From positions 1 through 64,000 of the forward strand of contig JBFXLE010000006.1 in the NCBI GenBank assembly GCA_050173015.1: a DNA stretch of 64,000 nucleotides, in the 5' to 3' direction. This DNA is from Calditrichaceae bacterium. Lineage in GTDB: Bacteria > Calditrichota > Calditrichia > Calditrichales > JBFXGD01. The translations under genes were made by a program, and so were the position numbers. Below the pieces are notes generated by a model. That model ran no database searches. It saw only the letters and a program-made list of their open reading frames with translations, and was not told the origin of the DNA. Each line of letters starts with the position of its first letter. The stretch's first letter is position 1. Positions 49,049 through 60,000 of the stretch are shown here, one piece after another.

Positions 49049-49561
49049 TTAGTTCACACGCGAAGCCACTGCGAGATAGAGTGAATCTCCCTGTGTATAA
49101 CTCATAAGCTCTTTTTGCTCACCCTGAAAAAATGCCTGTAGTTTACCAAAATCAGGCTGATAGCTGTTCTTAATCCAGCTGATGCCATAAGCGGCCCAAC
49201 GGTTGGCATCCATGCGGGCGGCTCTCTGTACCAGACTTCGCGTAATTGGGGCTCCTGTTTCGGGATGTGTAAGTCTGGCTACACCGATGGTAATAATGCT
49301 GTTATTGTTCGCAAAATACGCCTGACGTATAAATTCTTCTCTGAGCTCCGCATCCGCAGAATGCGCCATAATTTGTTGTTGAAGCTCCGATAGCTGATCA
49401 AACTGTATATCAGCCAGATCGGGTGGTGTAAAAAACGCTTCTGATTGCGCCCCGGCATTTGCCTGCTCTTCAATCATTTCCTGTTCGACTTTTTTTTCGC
49501 TTTTACATGTGACCAGGAAGGATAAAATCAGCATTGAAACGATTAGATAAAGCCACTTCAT
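49049..49561 (-). CDS. Lipoprotein, unknown function
   Basis: Lipobox-like LVTC after a hydrophobic stretch. Confidence 0.65.
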   Translation of the reverse strand: MKWLYLIVSMLILSFLVTCKSEKKVEQEMIEEQANAGAQSEAFFTPPDLADIQFDQLSELQQQIMAHSADAELREEFIRQAYFANNNSIITIGVARLTHPETGAPITRSLVQRAARMDANRWAAYGISWIKNSYQPDFGKLQAFFQGEQKELMSYTQGDSLYLAVASRVN

Positions 49562-49720
49562 GGTATGTTTCCTTTCTCATCCGGTGTATGTTATGGATGC
49601 CATGTGAATCAGGTCATATGTTTGATTTTAGATATGCCGGAATTAAATAGCAAGAAGTAAAGAATTTTTGCCTGTGATCCGCGGATTGATTGTCAATATT
49701 TATAATTACTGGTTTTAGGG

Positions 49721-49738
49721 AATGCATGAATATTAATT
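49721..49738. promoter_or_regulatory. Candidate ARG box
   Basis: AATGCATGAATATTAATT resembles the TG(A/C)AT-N4-AT(T/G)CA consensus; it lies upstream of argR in AT-rich DNA. Confidence 0.4.
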
Positions 49739-49911
49739 ATAAGTATATCACAACAGGGATAATAAAAGTTTTAGTTGTAATATTTATTAGAAATAACTAA
49801 ATTTAATTACTTTTATTTGCTTCAAGATTGTTTTCAAAAAAGTTAAAAAAATCTGTCCGGTGTAACCGGATAAATATATTAGTGATAATAAATAAAACCG
49901 GGTACACGCGA

Positions 49912-50355
49912 ATGTCAAATAAAAACTTACGTCAGGCAAAAATTAAAGAAATAATTTCCACGCGGGACATATCAAGCCAGGAAGAATTAGGCGATGAATT
50001 AAAAAGACAGGGCCATGAAACAACCCAGGCAACGCTTTCGAGAGATCTGCATGAAATAGGTATTGTAAGGGTACCCTCCGAGAGAGGGTTTAAATACGTA
50101 TTTCATCAGGAAGATACTGCTCATAATTTGAGACAGCTCATCGGAATGGAGATCGTCAATATCTTGTTTAATGAATCAACGGTAGTGATAAAAACCATGC
50201 CGGGCAGGGCGCAGGGGGTAGCCATATACCTTGACAGAATAAAAGACAGCCATATTATTGGTACGGTAGCGGGAGACGACTCTATCGTAATTATCCCTGA
50301 TTCACATAATAATATTCCTATTCTTTTGCAAAAAGTAAGGGCGATTATGGAGTAA
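49912..50355 (+). CDS. argR: Arginine repressor
   Basis: RQ..I..II, SQEEL, TQATLSRD, KT.PG.A, GTVAGDD. Confidence 0.95.
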   Translation: MSNKNLRQAKIKEIISTRDISSQEELGDELKRQGHETTQATLSRDLHEIGIVRVPSERGFKYVFHQEDTAHNLRQLIGMEIVNILFNESTVVIKTMPGRAQGVAIYLDRIKDSHIIGTVAGDDSIVIIPDSHNNIPILLQKVRAIME

Positions 50356-50532
50356 TCCGGGCCAGATTACCCCGGCAAAATCAATAACGGCCGATAGAAA
50401 CAAGTTTAAACCGGATTCTGCATTCCCCATACCTCTTGTGAAATCGTTCAATTTGCTTAACTATTTATTATTTTCTAAATTAGCCTGTTTTTAATTAAGG
50501 TGTATTAAGGCCCGTTTACGGAACAGAGTATA

Positions 50533-53166
50533 ATGAAAAATATTACGGTTGATACCGTATTAAAAAATAAAATATTACCGTTTGTCACCAAGCCTGCCCG
50601 ATATGTGGGCAATGAACTGAACATTGTCCAAAAGGACGCTGATTCGGTTGATGTCCGGGTGGCTTTGGCATTCCCTGAAGTGTATGAGATTGCAATGTCG
50701 TATATCGGTTTTGAAATCTTATATCATGTTTTGAACAGCCGCGAAAATATCTGGGCCGAAAGGGTTTACGCTCCCTGGCCTGATATGAATGCGATGTTAA
50801 ATGAAAACAAATTATCTTTATACAGTCTTGAATCCTTTACGCCTCTTAAAGAGTTTGATATTATCGGATTTACTTTTCAGTATGAACTAACATTTACTAA
50901 TGTATTGAATATGCTGAATCTCAGCAATATAGCTATTCGATCCGAAGACAGGGATGAAAATGATCCGATAATACTGGCGGGAGGACCCAGCGGGTCGAAT
51001 CCGGAGCCGATGGCTGATTTTATCGATGCTTATCTGATCGGGGATGGAGAAGAGGGTTTTGTTGAAATTTGCAACCTGGTCGGCGAGGCGCGAAAAGAGA
51101 AAAAATCACGGTCTGAAATACTTGAAAAACTCGCCCAAATCAGAGGCGTGTATGTTCCGTCTTTCTATGAAGCATCATATGACAATGGGACTTTCTCATC
51201 CATCAGAAGGACTACGGAGAAGGTACCGGATCGAATTTTGACAAGAATTTTATCTGAATTAAAACCGGAATATTATCCGGACAAGCCAATTGTACCTTTG
51301 ATTGAGGTAACACATAACCGGTTATCCGTTGAAGTTATGCGCGGATGTACCGAAGGATGCCGTTTTTGCAACGCGGGAATGACCTACCGCCCCACCAGGG
51401 AAAGAAGCAAAGAGGATATCGTCAGCCAGACGCAAAAAATGATCGCCAGTACCGGACATGATGAAATATCCTTTCTATCCCTTTCTATTTCAGATTATTC
51501 AGATCTGAAAGGTTTGATGCAGGCTGAACAGCAGGTTCTCGATGGTTTAAACGTCAATGTCTCATTCCCTTCCATGAGACTTGATAAATTCGATGATGAG
51601 ATCGCGGAATTTGCATCCCGTGTCCGAAAATCAGGTTTTACATTTGCTCCCGAAGCGGGGAGCGCGCGTTTACGCAGAGCGATCAATAAAAATATTACAG
51701 ATGAACATTTGTTTGATTCTGTTCATATTGCGCTGCGAAACGGCTGGAAAGTACTAAAATTTTATTTCATGATTGGCTTGCCAACCGAAACAAAGGAGGA
51801 TATCGAAGCTTTAGCCGATTTAATTGAAAAAGTTGTGGAAATCAGTAAGTCTTACGGCAGGATACAGTTCAATGTGTCCGTTTCGCCGTTTTCTCCAAAA
51901 CCGCATACACCATTTCAATGGGAAAAACAGGATACCAGAACTGAATTCCTTGAAAAGATTAACATTTTAAGAAAACGTTTTGCCCGGTTCAGGCAGGTGA
52001 AGTTTTCATGGCGTGATCCGGAAGTTTCGTTGGTGGAATGTGTGTTGGGGCGCGGAGACAGACGGGTAGCGAAAGCTATCCAAAACGCATGGGAAATGGG
52101 AGCGATTTTTGACGGATGGTCCGATCATTTCAATTTTGATATTTGGACAAAAGCGTTTGAGATGGCCGGTCTCAATCTCGGGCAGTATTCACGGGAGTTA
52201 GATATTGATCAACCAGTCCCCTGGGATCATATCGACAAAGGAGTTACGAAAAATTATCTGCTCAGAGAGCGACTGAATGCCTATGACGAAAAAAATAAGT
52301 TCGATTGCAAGGAAGGGACATGCTACGGCTGCGGAATTCAAAGAAAAGGGGGCTTCAGAGAATTCGCCGATTGTTATACGCAGCTGAAACTGCATGAAAA
52401 AGCTCCGGAAAATGAACTTATGGTGACTCATCCGCAAGAAATTCCCAAAAAGGAAATCTCAGCTCCGGAAGAGAGCGAAGCAGCCGTCGGAAAAAAGATT
52501 CGGATCAGGTATCAAAAAACCGAATATGCCAGATACTTATCACATCTGGATTTAGTTCGCATCTTTGGCCGGGCCTGCAGGAGAGCGGAAATACCACTGA
52601 TGTATAGTCAGGGTTTTAATCCGCATCCAAAGTTGTCTTTCGGGCCACCGCTTTCCCTGGGTTATACGAGCAATGCCGAGTATATGGATCTGGAAATAGA
52701 GGAAACATATGCCGAAAATTTGAAAGATACGCTGAATCCGTTTTTACCCGGCGGTTTGAAAATTATTGATTCAATGCTTATCAGGGGAAAGGTTGAAACT
52801 CTTGCCTCGGTAATAAACAGCGCGGAGTATGAGATCGATATTAGTGATATGGAATTTGAGCAGGTGAAGTTTGAAGAATCATTAAAAAATTTGCTTGACG
52901 CTGTTCAGATTGAAGTTGAACGCGAGGTTAAAGGAAAACGTAAAATCATTGATATCCGACCGTTTATCGTTTCCATAAAGCGTTCAGAAAAATCCATACT
53001 GGTGAAAACAAGAAACATTGAAATGAGAACCGTACGTATGAAGGAACTGCTGGATCAGTTGTTTCAGTACGGCAATATCGATGTAAAAAAGTTCCATGTC
53101 CATCGCAGGGAGCAGCTAATTCTTCAAGGAGAATCGGAGAGAAATCCGATAGAAGTGCTTGCCTGA
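50533..53166 (+). CDS. B12-binding-type radical SAM protein (TIGR03960-like) fused to a TIGR03936/DUF2344-like domain
   Basis: KPARY.GNE.N, RGCTEGCRFC, TFAPEAG, YFMIGLP.E, PKPHTPFQW; C-terminal YLSHLD, SQGFNPHPK.SFG.PL. Confidence 0.9.
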   Translation: MKNITVDTVLKNKILPFVTKPARYVGNELNIVQKDADSVDVRVALAFPEVYEIAMSYIGFEILYHVLNSRENIWAERVYAPWPDMNAMLNENKLSLYSLESFTPLKEFDIIGFTFQYELTFTNVLNMLNLSNIAIRSEDRDENDPIILAGGPSGSNPEPMADFIDAYLIGDGEEGFVEICNLVGEARKEKKSRSEILEKLAQIRGVYVPSFYEASYDNGTFSSIRRTTEKVPDRILTRILSELKPEYYPDKPIVPLIEVTHNRLSVEVMRGCTEGCRFCNAGMTYRPTRERSKEDIVSQTQKMIASTGHDEISFLSLSISDYSDLKGLMQAEQQVLDGLNVNVSFPSMRLDKFDDEIAEFASRVRKSGFTFAPEAGSARLRRAINKNITDEHLFDSVHIALRNGWKVLKFYFMIGLPTETKEDIEALADLIEKVVEISKSYGRIQFNVSVSPFSPKPHTPFQWEKQDTRTEFLEKINILRKRFARFRQVKFSWRDPEVSLVECVLGRGDRRVAKAIQNAWEMGAIFDGWSDHFNFDIWTKAFEMAGLNLGQYSRELDIDQPVPWDHIDKGVTKNYLLRERLNAYDEKNKFDCKEGTCYGCGIQRKGGFREFADCYTQLKLHEKAPENELMVTHPQEIPKKEISAPEESEAAVGKKIRIRYQKTEYARYLSHLDLVRIFGRACRRAEIPLMYSQGFNPHPKLSFGPPLSLGYTSNAEYMDLEIEETYAENLKDTLNPFLPGGLKIIDSMLIRGKVETLASVINSAEYEIDISDMEFEQVKFEESLKNLLDAVQIEVEREVKGKRKIIDIRPFIVSIKRSEKSILVKTRNIEMRTVRMKELLDQLFQYGNIDVKKFHVHRREQLILQGESERNPIEVLA

Positions 53167-53339
53167 AAAATCTGGTATCCTGTTATTTCCCTCTTTTTTT
53201 CTAAAAAAAGTTATGTGCCGGTGATATATGTCCCAAACTTCACCTGGAATATTGATTAAATTTGATCAAATTATTCCCGGGAAGCCTGAATCAGATCCTA
53301 AAGACTAAGGTCTTAGTGAACAGAGGAAAATGTGCTATT

Positions 53340-54881
53340 ATGACAAAAGAAATTATTATAAACGCGACGAATGAAGAAACGCGGATTGCCATACTTGAAG
53401 ATTCAAAACTGGTTGAGTTGTTTGTTGAGAGGCCGGAATATGAACGAATGGTGGGTGATATATATAAAGGATCTGTAAGCCGTGTACTGCCAGGTATGCA
53501 GGCAGCCTTTATAGATATCGGGCATGAACAAAATGCTTTTTTGCATTTTTCGGATATCTCCGCCTCCTATCAGGACTATTTTATTGACTATGATGAAGAA
53601 GATGAAAATAATTCAAAACCAGCAAAGAAGAAGAAAAAAGGAAACGGCGGTTTTAGCGTTGAAAAGCAATTAAAAAAAGGCCAGGACATCCTGGTGCAGA
53701 TTATCAAGGAGCCCATCGGTACAAAGGGTTGCCGTGTTACAAGTGACATCACGCTTCCGGGGCGCTATCTGGTTTTAATACCGAATCAGAAACAGATTGG
53801 TGTTTCACGGAAAATCAGTAATCAAAAAGAACGAAAGCGTCTTCGTGAAATAGCAAGACAGATTTTGCCGGGCAACTTCGGTCTGATTATTCGGACGGTG
53901 GCGGAGAGCAAAAGCGACCGTGAAATTAAAAAAGATCTTAATAAATTGCTGTCCACCTGGAAAAAGCTTGAGAAAAAAATAAAAAACCAGAACGCGCCGA
54001 CATTAATTTATAAAGATATGGCAATGGCTTCGAGCATTATCCGGGATCTGTTCACAGCCGATGTGGATCAGGTTAAGGTGGATTCCAGAAAGCTGATGCG
54101 GGAAATTCTGGCGTATGTAAAGTACGTAGCGCCTCAGTTGAGCCATAAGGTGACTTATTACGCGGAAAAAACACCGATCTTCGATAAGTTCGGAATCGAG
54201 GCTGAAATCGATAAACTCACCGATAATAAGGCCTGGCTAAAAAATGGTGGATATCTCATTATACAGCAGACGGAAGCGCTTGTGGCGATTGATGTAAACA
54301 GCGGTAAATTTATCGGCCGGAAAGATCATGAGACGAATTCGTTAAAAATCAACATGGAAGCAACGAGAGAAATTGCCCGTCAGGCACGGTTAAGAGATCT
54401 CGGAGGGTTGATTGTTATCGATCTGATTGACGTTTTGGAGGAAGAGAACAAGCGCAAGATTTATATGGAACTCAAAAAAGAATTCGCAAAGGATCGATCC
54501 ATTACAAAAATTGAAGAAATGAGCCGCTTTGGTCTGATAGAAATGACAAGACAGCGTGTGCGGCCAAGCGTCATCCATTCGATCAATGAAGCATGTCCGG
54601 TGTGCAAGGGGAGTGGTCTTATTCCAACCCTGAATACAATTGTGAGCAAAATCGAGAGATGGATTCAAAGATACCGCGCCAGTGGAGGAGACCGTCGGGT
54701 TACGCTGCATGTGACTCCGGATGTTCACCGCTATCTGGTTACCGGGAGATATAACCGGCGCTTGAAGCTCATGTGGAAGTACTGGATGAAAATAAACGTG
54801 ACCAAAGACGAAAAATTAAAAGTTGGTGAATTTGCCTTTTATGACAGATTAAATAAATCGTCCATAGATATCAAAAAATAA
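53340..54881 (+). CDS. Rne/Rng family ribonuclease (RNase E/G)
   Basis: GDIYKG.V..VLPGMQAAFIDIG, KEPIGTKG.R, IDVNSG, LRDLGG.IVID.ID, CPVC.G.G. Confidence 0.95.
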   Translation: MTKEIIINATNEETRIAILEDSKLVELFVERPEYERMVGDIYKGSVSRVLPGMQAAFIDIGHEQNAFLHFSDISASYQDYFIDYDEEDENNSKPAKKKKKGNGGFSVEKQLKKGQDILVQIIKEPIGTKGCRVTSDITLPGRYLVLIPNQKQIGVSRKISNQKERKRLREIARQILPGNFGLIIRTVAESKSDREIKKDLNKLLSTWKKLEKKIKNQNAPTLIYKDMAMASSIIRDLFTADVDQVKVDSRKLMREILAYVKYVAPQLSHKVTYYAEKTPIFDKFGIEAEIDKLTDNKAWLKNGGYLIIQQTEALVAIDVNSGKFIGRKDHETNSLKINMEATREIARQARLRDLGGLIVIDLIDVLEEENKRKIYMELKKEFAKDRSITKIEEMSRFGLIEMTRQRVRPSVIHSINEACPVCKGSGLIPTLNTIVSKIERWIQRYRASGGDRRVTLHVTPDVHRYLVTGRYNRRLKLMWKYWMKINVTKDEKLKVGEFAFYDRLNKSSIDIKK

Positions 54882-54882
54882 C

Positions 54883-54911
54883 TTGACAATGTTTGACACA
54901 AGAGTTAAATT
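54883..54911 (+). promoter_or_regulatory. Sigma70-type promoter for rplU-rpmA
   Basis: TTGACA-17 bp-TAAATT. Confidence 0.65.
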
Positions 54912-54950
54912 TGATGCTCAATTTTTTGTATCCAAGCTAGGGGAGATAGA

Positions 54951-55331
54951 ATGTACGCGATTGTTGAAATTGCTGGAAAGCAATATCGTGTTGAGAAGGA
55001 TAAAAGAGTAAAAGTACCTTTACAGCACGCTGAAAACGGTGATCAGGTTGAGTTTGAAAAAGTACTCATCTATAATGATGAAAAAGGCGAAGTTCAGATC
55101 GGTAAACCAACTGTAAAAGATATAAAGGTGTCTGCTACGGTTGTTGAACACGGTCGTGAGAAAAAAGTCATCGTTTTTAAGAAAAAACGCCGTAAGGGTT
55201 ATCAGAAGAAGAATGGTCATCGCCAGGATTTTTCGATGATTAAAATAGACGCAATCGGAAAGGTTAAGGCAGCAAAAGCAAAAACTGCAAAGGCCAAAGC
55301 CGATGTAAAAGAAGAAGTAAAGGAGGCGTAA
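54951..55331 (+). CDS. rplU: 50S ribosomal protein L21
   Basis: [23 protein letters not shown]....GHRQ. Confidence 0.98.
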   Translation: MYAIVEIAGKQYRVEKDKRVKVPLQHAENGDQVEFEKVLIYNDEKGEVQIGKPTVKDIKVSATVVEHGREKKVIVFKKKRRKGYQKKNGHRQDFSMIKIDAIGKVKAAKAKTAKAKADVKEEVKEA

Positions 55332-55332
55332 A

Positions 55333-55590
55333 ATGGCACATAAGAAAGGTGTGGGTAGCTCCCGGAATGGACGTGATAGTCAGGCCAAACGCCTCGGAGT
55401 TAAAGCATTTGGCGGTGAATTTGTCACAGCCGGTTCTATCATCATTCGTCAACGCGGAACAAGAATTCATCCCGGTAATAATGTCGGGTTGGGCGGAGAT
55501 GATACAATATTCGCCAAAATAGACGGTTTTGTAAAATTTGAACGGAAAGATCGCGATCGCAAAAAGGTCAGTGTCTATCCGGAAGCATAG
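55333..55590 (+). CDS. rpmA: 50S ribosomal protein L27
   Basis: [34 protein letters not shown]. Confidence 0.98.
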   Translation: MAHKKGVGSSRNGRDSQAKRLGVKAFGGEFVTAGSIIIRQRGTRIHPGNNVGLGGDDTIFAKIDGFVKFERKDRDRKKVSVYPEA

Positions 55591-55612
55591 CGCGAAATTT
55601 TTTGAAAACATT

Positions 55613-55644
55613 AAGGCCGGTAAAATTTTTTACCGGCCTTTTTT
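55613..55644 (+). terminator. Intrinsic terminator after rpmA
   Basis: AAGGCCGGTAAAA-TT-TTTTACCGGCCTT followed by further Ts. Confidence 0.9.
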
Positions 55645-55749
55645 GTTTATTGAACAATCATTCTGTCATAATTAATTTTGTATCCTGAATAAACACCACG
55701 CATCAAATAAAACTATAATGATTCACTACTAAATTCCGGAGAAGAAAAA

Positions 55750-55926
55750 GTGGGAAATACTGAGCGGATAATCAGAATCGTTGCCGGACTGATACTTATA
55801 TCACTGGCTTTTATCGGACCCAAAACACAACTTGGATGGATAGGACTGCTGCCATTGTTAACAGGACTTTCAAGTTTTTGTCCGGGAAAACTCGCGGTGA
55901 CCCGCGTATTCAGAAAAAAACAATAA
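55750..55926 (+). CDS. DUF2892/YgaP-like small membrane protein, possibly degenerate
   Basis: Manual translation VGNTERIIRIVAGLILISLAFIGPKTQLGWIGLLPLLTGLSSFCPGKLAVTRVFRKKQ; GGAG upstream; absent from the ORF track. Confidence 0.7.
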   Translation: MGNTERIIRIVAGLILISLAFIGPKTQLGWIGLLPLLTGLSSFCPGKLAVTRVFRKKQ

Positions 55927-56131
55927 ATTTTTTTGTAAAGATCCCCCCCAAGATTAGCGCGGGTGGCTTAGGCCGCCTGCGCTTTTCGTTTTTATATCCT
56001 TCTGGTTCCCGGATCGGCCTGCATCCGAACTAATATCTTTCGTACTGATAAGCTCTTAATTAATTATCTAAGGCATGACTTGAATTGAACATCCGGATCA
56101 TTTAGATTCATAAAAAAGAAAGGATAGCTTC

Positions 56132-57040
56132 TTGAGACTGATTATATTTCTGCAATTTTTACTCTTTTCATTACTCTGCGGACAAAATTTTGAAGAATTG
56201 GCGCGTATCGGAGGCGAAGGCAGGGAACCGGGAAAATTTAATAAACCCCTGGCCGTCAGTGTATCAAAGGACGGTACCGTTTATGTTGTGGATACCGGTA
56301 ACAACAGAATTCAGTTATTTGATCTGAAGGGGGAATTGATTAAAACGGTAGGCGGATTCGGTTTTCAAAACGATCAGTTTGATACACCGACGGATATATG
56401 GACCCGCTCACTGATCAATATTTATGTGGCTGATTATAACAATCAGAGATTGCAAAGATATGACAGAAATATGAATTTTATTTCCACATTTACAAATAAT
56501 CGATCCTATTCCAATGAATTTCAATTTTTCGAGATCAGCAGCATCGCTGTCAGTTCTCAGAATGATCTGTTAGTGCTTGACCGCGGTGACAATAAAATCA
56601 TAAAATTCAATCGTGACAGCAGGCCCGAGCGATCATTCGGATCCTACGAATCAGGGAAGGGCGAATTACGGCAGCCTGAACAACTTGATATACTGCCGGA
56701 TAACCGCCTGATAGTGACAGATACGGGTCGAAGGTCAATTATTCAATTTGACAATTTCGGAAATTTCCTGGGAGAGATTAAACATAAAGAATTCAAAATT
56801 CCGAGAGGTCTCGCGGTTTCCGACAAAGGGAGGATTTTTCTTGCAGATCCGGGAGCCGGAAAAGTCTTTGTGATATCAGACGATTATAAAAGTATAACCG
56901 AGATCAAAAACATATCCGGATTACCATTAAAACATCCGCAGGATGTAGCAGTCTGGCGTGGATCCGGCGTAGATGTCAAGAGCCAGACTCTCTATATTAT
57001 TGATGAAAATGAACTTGTAATCGGAACCCTGACTGATTAG
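56132..57040 (+). CDS. Secreted NHL-repeat beta-propeller
   Basis: G.F..P..V......VYVVDTGNNRIQ.FD repeated about six times; signal peptide. Confidence 0.9.
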   Translation: MRLIIFLQFLLFSLLCGQNFEELARIGGEGREPGKFNKPLAVSVSKDGTVYVVDTGNNRIQLFDLKGELIKTVGGFGFQNDQFDTPTDIWTRSLINIYVADYNNQRLQRYDRNMNFISTFTNNRSYSNEFQFFEISSIAVSSQNDLLVLDRGDNKIIKFNRDSRPERSFGSYESGKGELRQPEQLDILPDNRLIVTDTGRRSIIQFDNFGNFLGEIKHKEFKIPRGLAVSDKGRIFLADPGAGKVFVISDDYKSITEIKNISGLPLKHPQDVAVWRGSGVDVKSQTLYIIDENELVIGTLTD

Positions 57041-60000
57041 TGAAGCAGCAATCTCAATTTCCCCGGATACTTTTAGCGCTTGTTCTGGCAGGAACATGCT
57101 TTCTGTTCGAAAAGCCCACTCTTGCTCAAACATATATTCCGTCATATCGATGGCAAGTGGACAGTTTGATTGTTATTGATCAGTCTGACTTCGTTTTTGC
57201 TTTTCCGGAAACTCATCGTCCGCTGCTGCAATCCCTGAGGATTTATAAAAATAGTGTTTTGCTTCGTGAAGAAATGGATTACAGAGTCTATGAAGAGAGT
57301 CTCATCCGTTTTTTCCCACCGCCATCAGACAGCGACACGCTTATTATAAATTATAAACGCCGGCCATTGGATCTGAAAAAAAAATATTATCTCTTTGAAA
57401 AGGATACACTTCGGCAACAAGCGCCCGGCGATTCACTCATCGCGCAAAAAGAAACGGTCCGGTTGAGAGAAATCAAATTTGAAAATCCATTCACTGATTT
57501 CACTCCGGGGTTAAATAAAAGCGGAAGTATTATGCGTGGTGTTAAGATCGGAACAAATCAGGATCTCACATTAAACTCCGGACTTAATCTCGAACTCTCC
57601 GGCCAGTTAACAGATAATGTGGAAATTATCGCGGCGCTTACGGATGAATCGACTCCCATTCAGCCGGAGGGTAATACTCAGACTCTCGATGAAGTGGATA
57701 AAGTGTTCGTTGAATTCAGAAGTCCGCACATTGGCGGCACGGTGGGCGATTTGAATCTGACCTATGAAAATACTCAATTTGCCAACCTTTCGAGAAAATT
57801 GCAGGGTATCACATTAAACGGCACATACGATGCCCATATCGCCGGAGCGACGATAGCGACCACGCGCGGATATTTTAACCGGAACTCACTGATTGGCCGG
57901 GAAGGTAATCAGGGACCATATCAACTGACCGGTAAAAACGGTGAAAGAGAAATCATTGTGCTGGCCGGGACCGAAAGAGTGTGGGTTGACGGCCAGAAGA
58001 TGACCAGGGGAGAGAGCAACGATTATGTGATTGAGTACGGTAATGGTCAGGTCACTTTTACTAACAGACGCATGATTACGGGTGATTCTAGAATAGAAGT
58101 CGATTTTGAATATTTTCCGGCTACACAAGATTACAGCCGGAATGTATACAGCGGAATGATTGGCGGGGCTGCCGCGGAAGGGAAGCTGAACTACCGATTC
58201 CAGTATTACCGGGAATTTGACGATAAAGACCGGGTTCTTGAAGAGGGCGGTACACTTACGGAAGAGGAAAAAGAAATTCTGCGTCAGTCCGGGGATGATC
58301 CGTTAGAGGCTTATACCACCGGGGTGACTCAGGTCGCAGACAGCGCCGGTTCCTATATAAAGGTGGATACTTTAATCAATAACGAATCGTATTCATATTA
58401 TAAATATGTCGGTAGTAAAGCCGGGAATTTCAGTGTAATCTTTTCGCTGGTCGGGAGCAAGAAAGGTGATTATTCACGTGATCGTTTGGGGGTTTACAGA
58501 TGGGTGGGAATTGGAAAAGGGGAATATTTACCGCGCCGTTTTCTTCCCTTACCTGCCTCGCATAATCTAGCCGACGCGAAGATCAGTTGGAATCCCGGAA
58601 AGCATTTCAGCTTGAATGCGGAATACGCGCTGAGTCAGCTTGATAAAAATACATTCTCTTCTCTTGATGATAATAATAACACAGGCAATGCTCTCAATGT
58701 TAAGAGTGAGTTAAATGGGATCCCGGTTAACATCGGATCGGCCCGGCTGGGTGTGATGGATCTATCACTGGATACGCGTTTTATAGACGACACCTTTGAA
58801 TCGGTTGACCGTTTTAACGAACCCGATTATCAACGATACTGGAATTTAGGCACGGCTTCCGGCCAGTCATCGGAAGAGCGGAGTTATCAGCTTAATGGTA
58901 ATTATCGTCCCATGAAAACCCTGAAACTGACAGGAAACGCCGGAATTCTTGATAAAACCGATTTTTCATCAAAAAGATACATGGGAAGGCTGAATTTTGA
59001 AGATAAACATCTATTTACCGGAAACGCCAAATACGAATTTGTAGGCAGCGAAACGGGAAGCGGTCTGACAAAAGACGATTGGGTAAGGTATGAGGGGGAT
59101 ATTAAAAAGGATATCTGGAAAATACAGCCGACTCTCCTTTATAATTATGAACAGCGTCAAACCGATAAAAACGGGACCTTAACCGGGTTTGAATTTGATG
59201 ATTACGGAATCCGTTTTGGGTTGATCGAAATGCGGTATGTCAGCGGATATGTTCAATACAACATGAGGGAAGACGCTGTTTATGATATTGAAGACAGAGG
59301 CAAATTGCTTCCGCAGTCAACAACCGCGACGCGCCGCTTTCGGATTGATTTACAGAACTATGAAGAGACATCCGCGAGTCTCGAAATTGTTCAGCGCGAC
59401 AAAGATTATAAACCATTTTTTGAAAACATCAAAGTGGATACTCTCAAATTGCAGTATGCCGATGCTTCTGTTCAGGATACCACCTGGCAGGACCGGGAGA
59501 CCAATCTGATTGATTTTAACCTGACGCACTCACGATGGAAAAAAGCGGTCAATTTTTCGATGCAGTACAAAATTTCGACTGAGCAAACGGCATTAAAAGA
59601 AAAAATATATCTCGATGTGGGAGAAGGCGATGGCAATTTAAGATATGACGAGGCGCTTGACGAATACGTGCCGGATCCCGACGGTAATTACAATCTCTAC
59701 ATTGTCCCTTCCGATAAATTCGAACCGGTTACCAATTTACAAACGGCTTTCCGGGTAACCTATGATCCTTCAAAATTCTGGAGAAGATCAACAGGTAATT
59801 TGATTAAAATTTTATCCAATGTCAGTGGTGAGAGTTATTTCCGCGTGGAAGAAGAAACCCGGGAATCAGATTTGACTTCCATATATACGCTTAATTTATC
59901 CGATTTCCAGGGAGATCAGACGATTCGCGGGAGCATTATTTATAATCAGGATCTATATCTCATGCGTCGTAACAGGGATTTATCTTTCCGGCTAAGGTAC

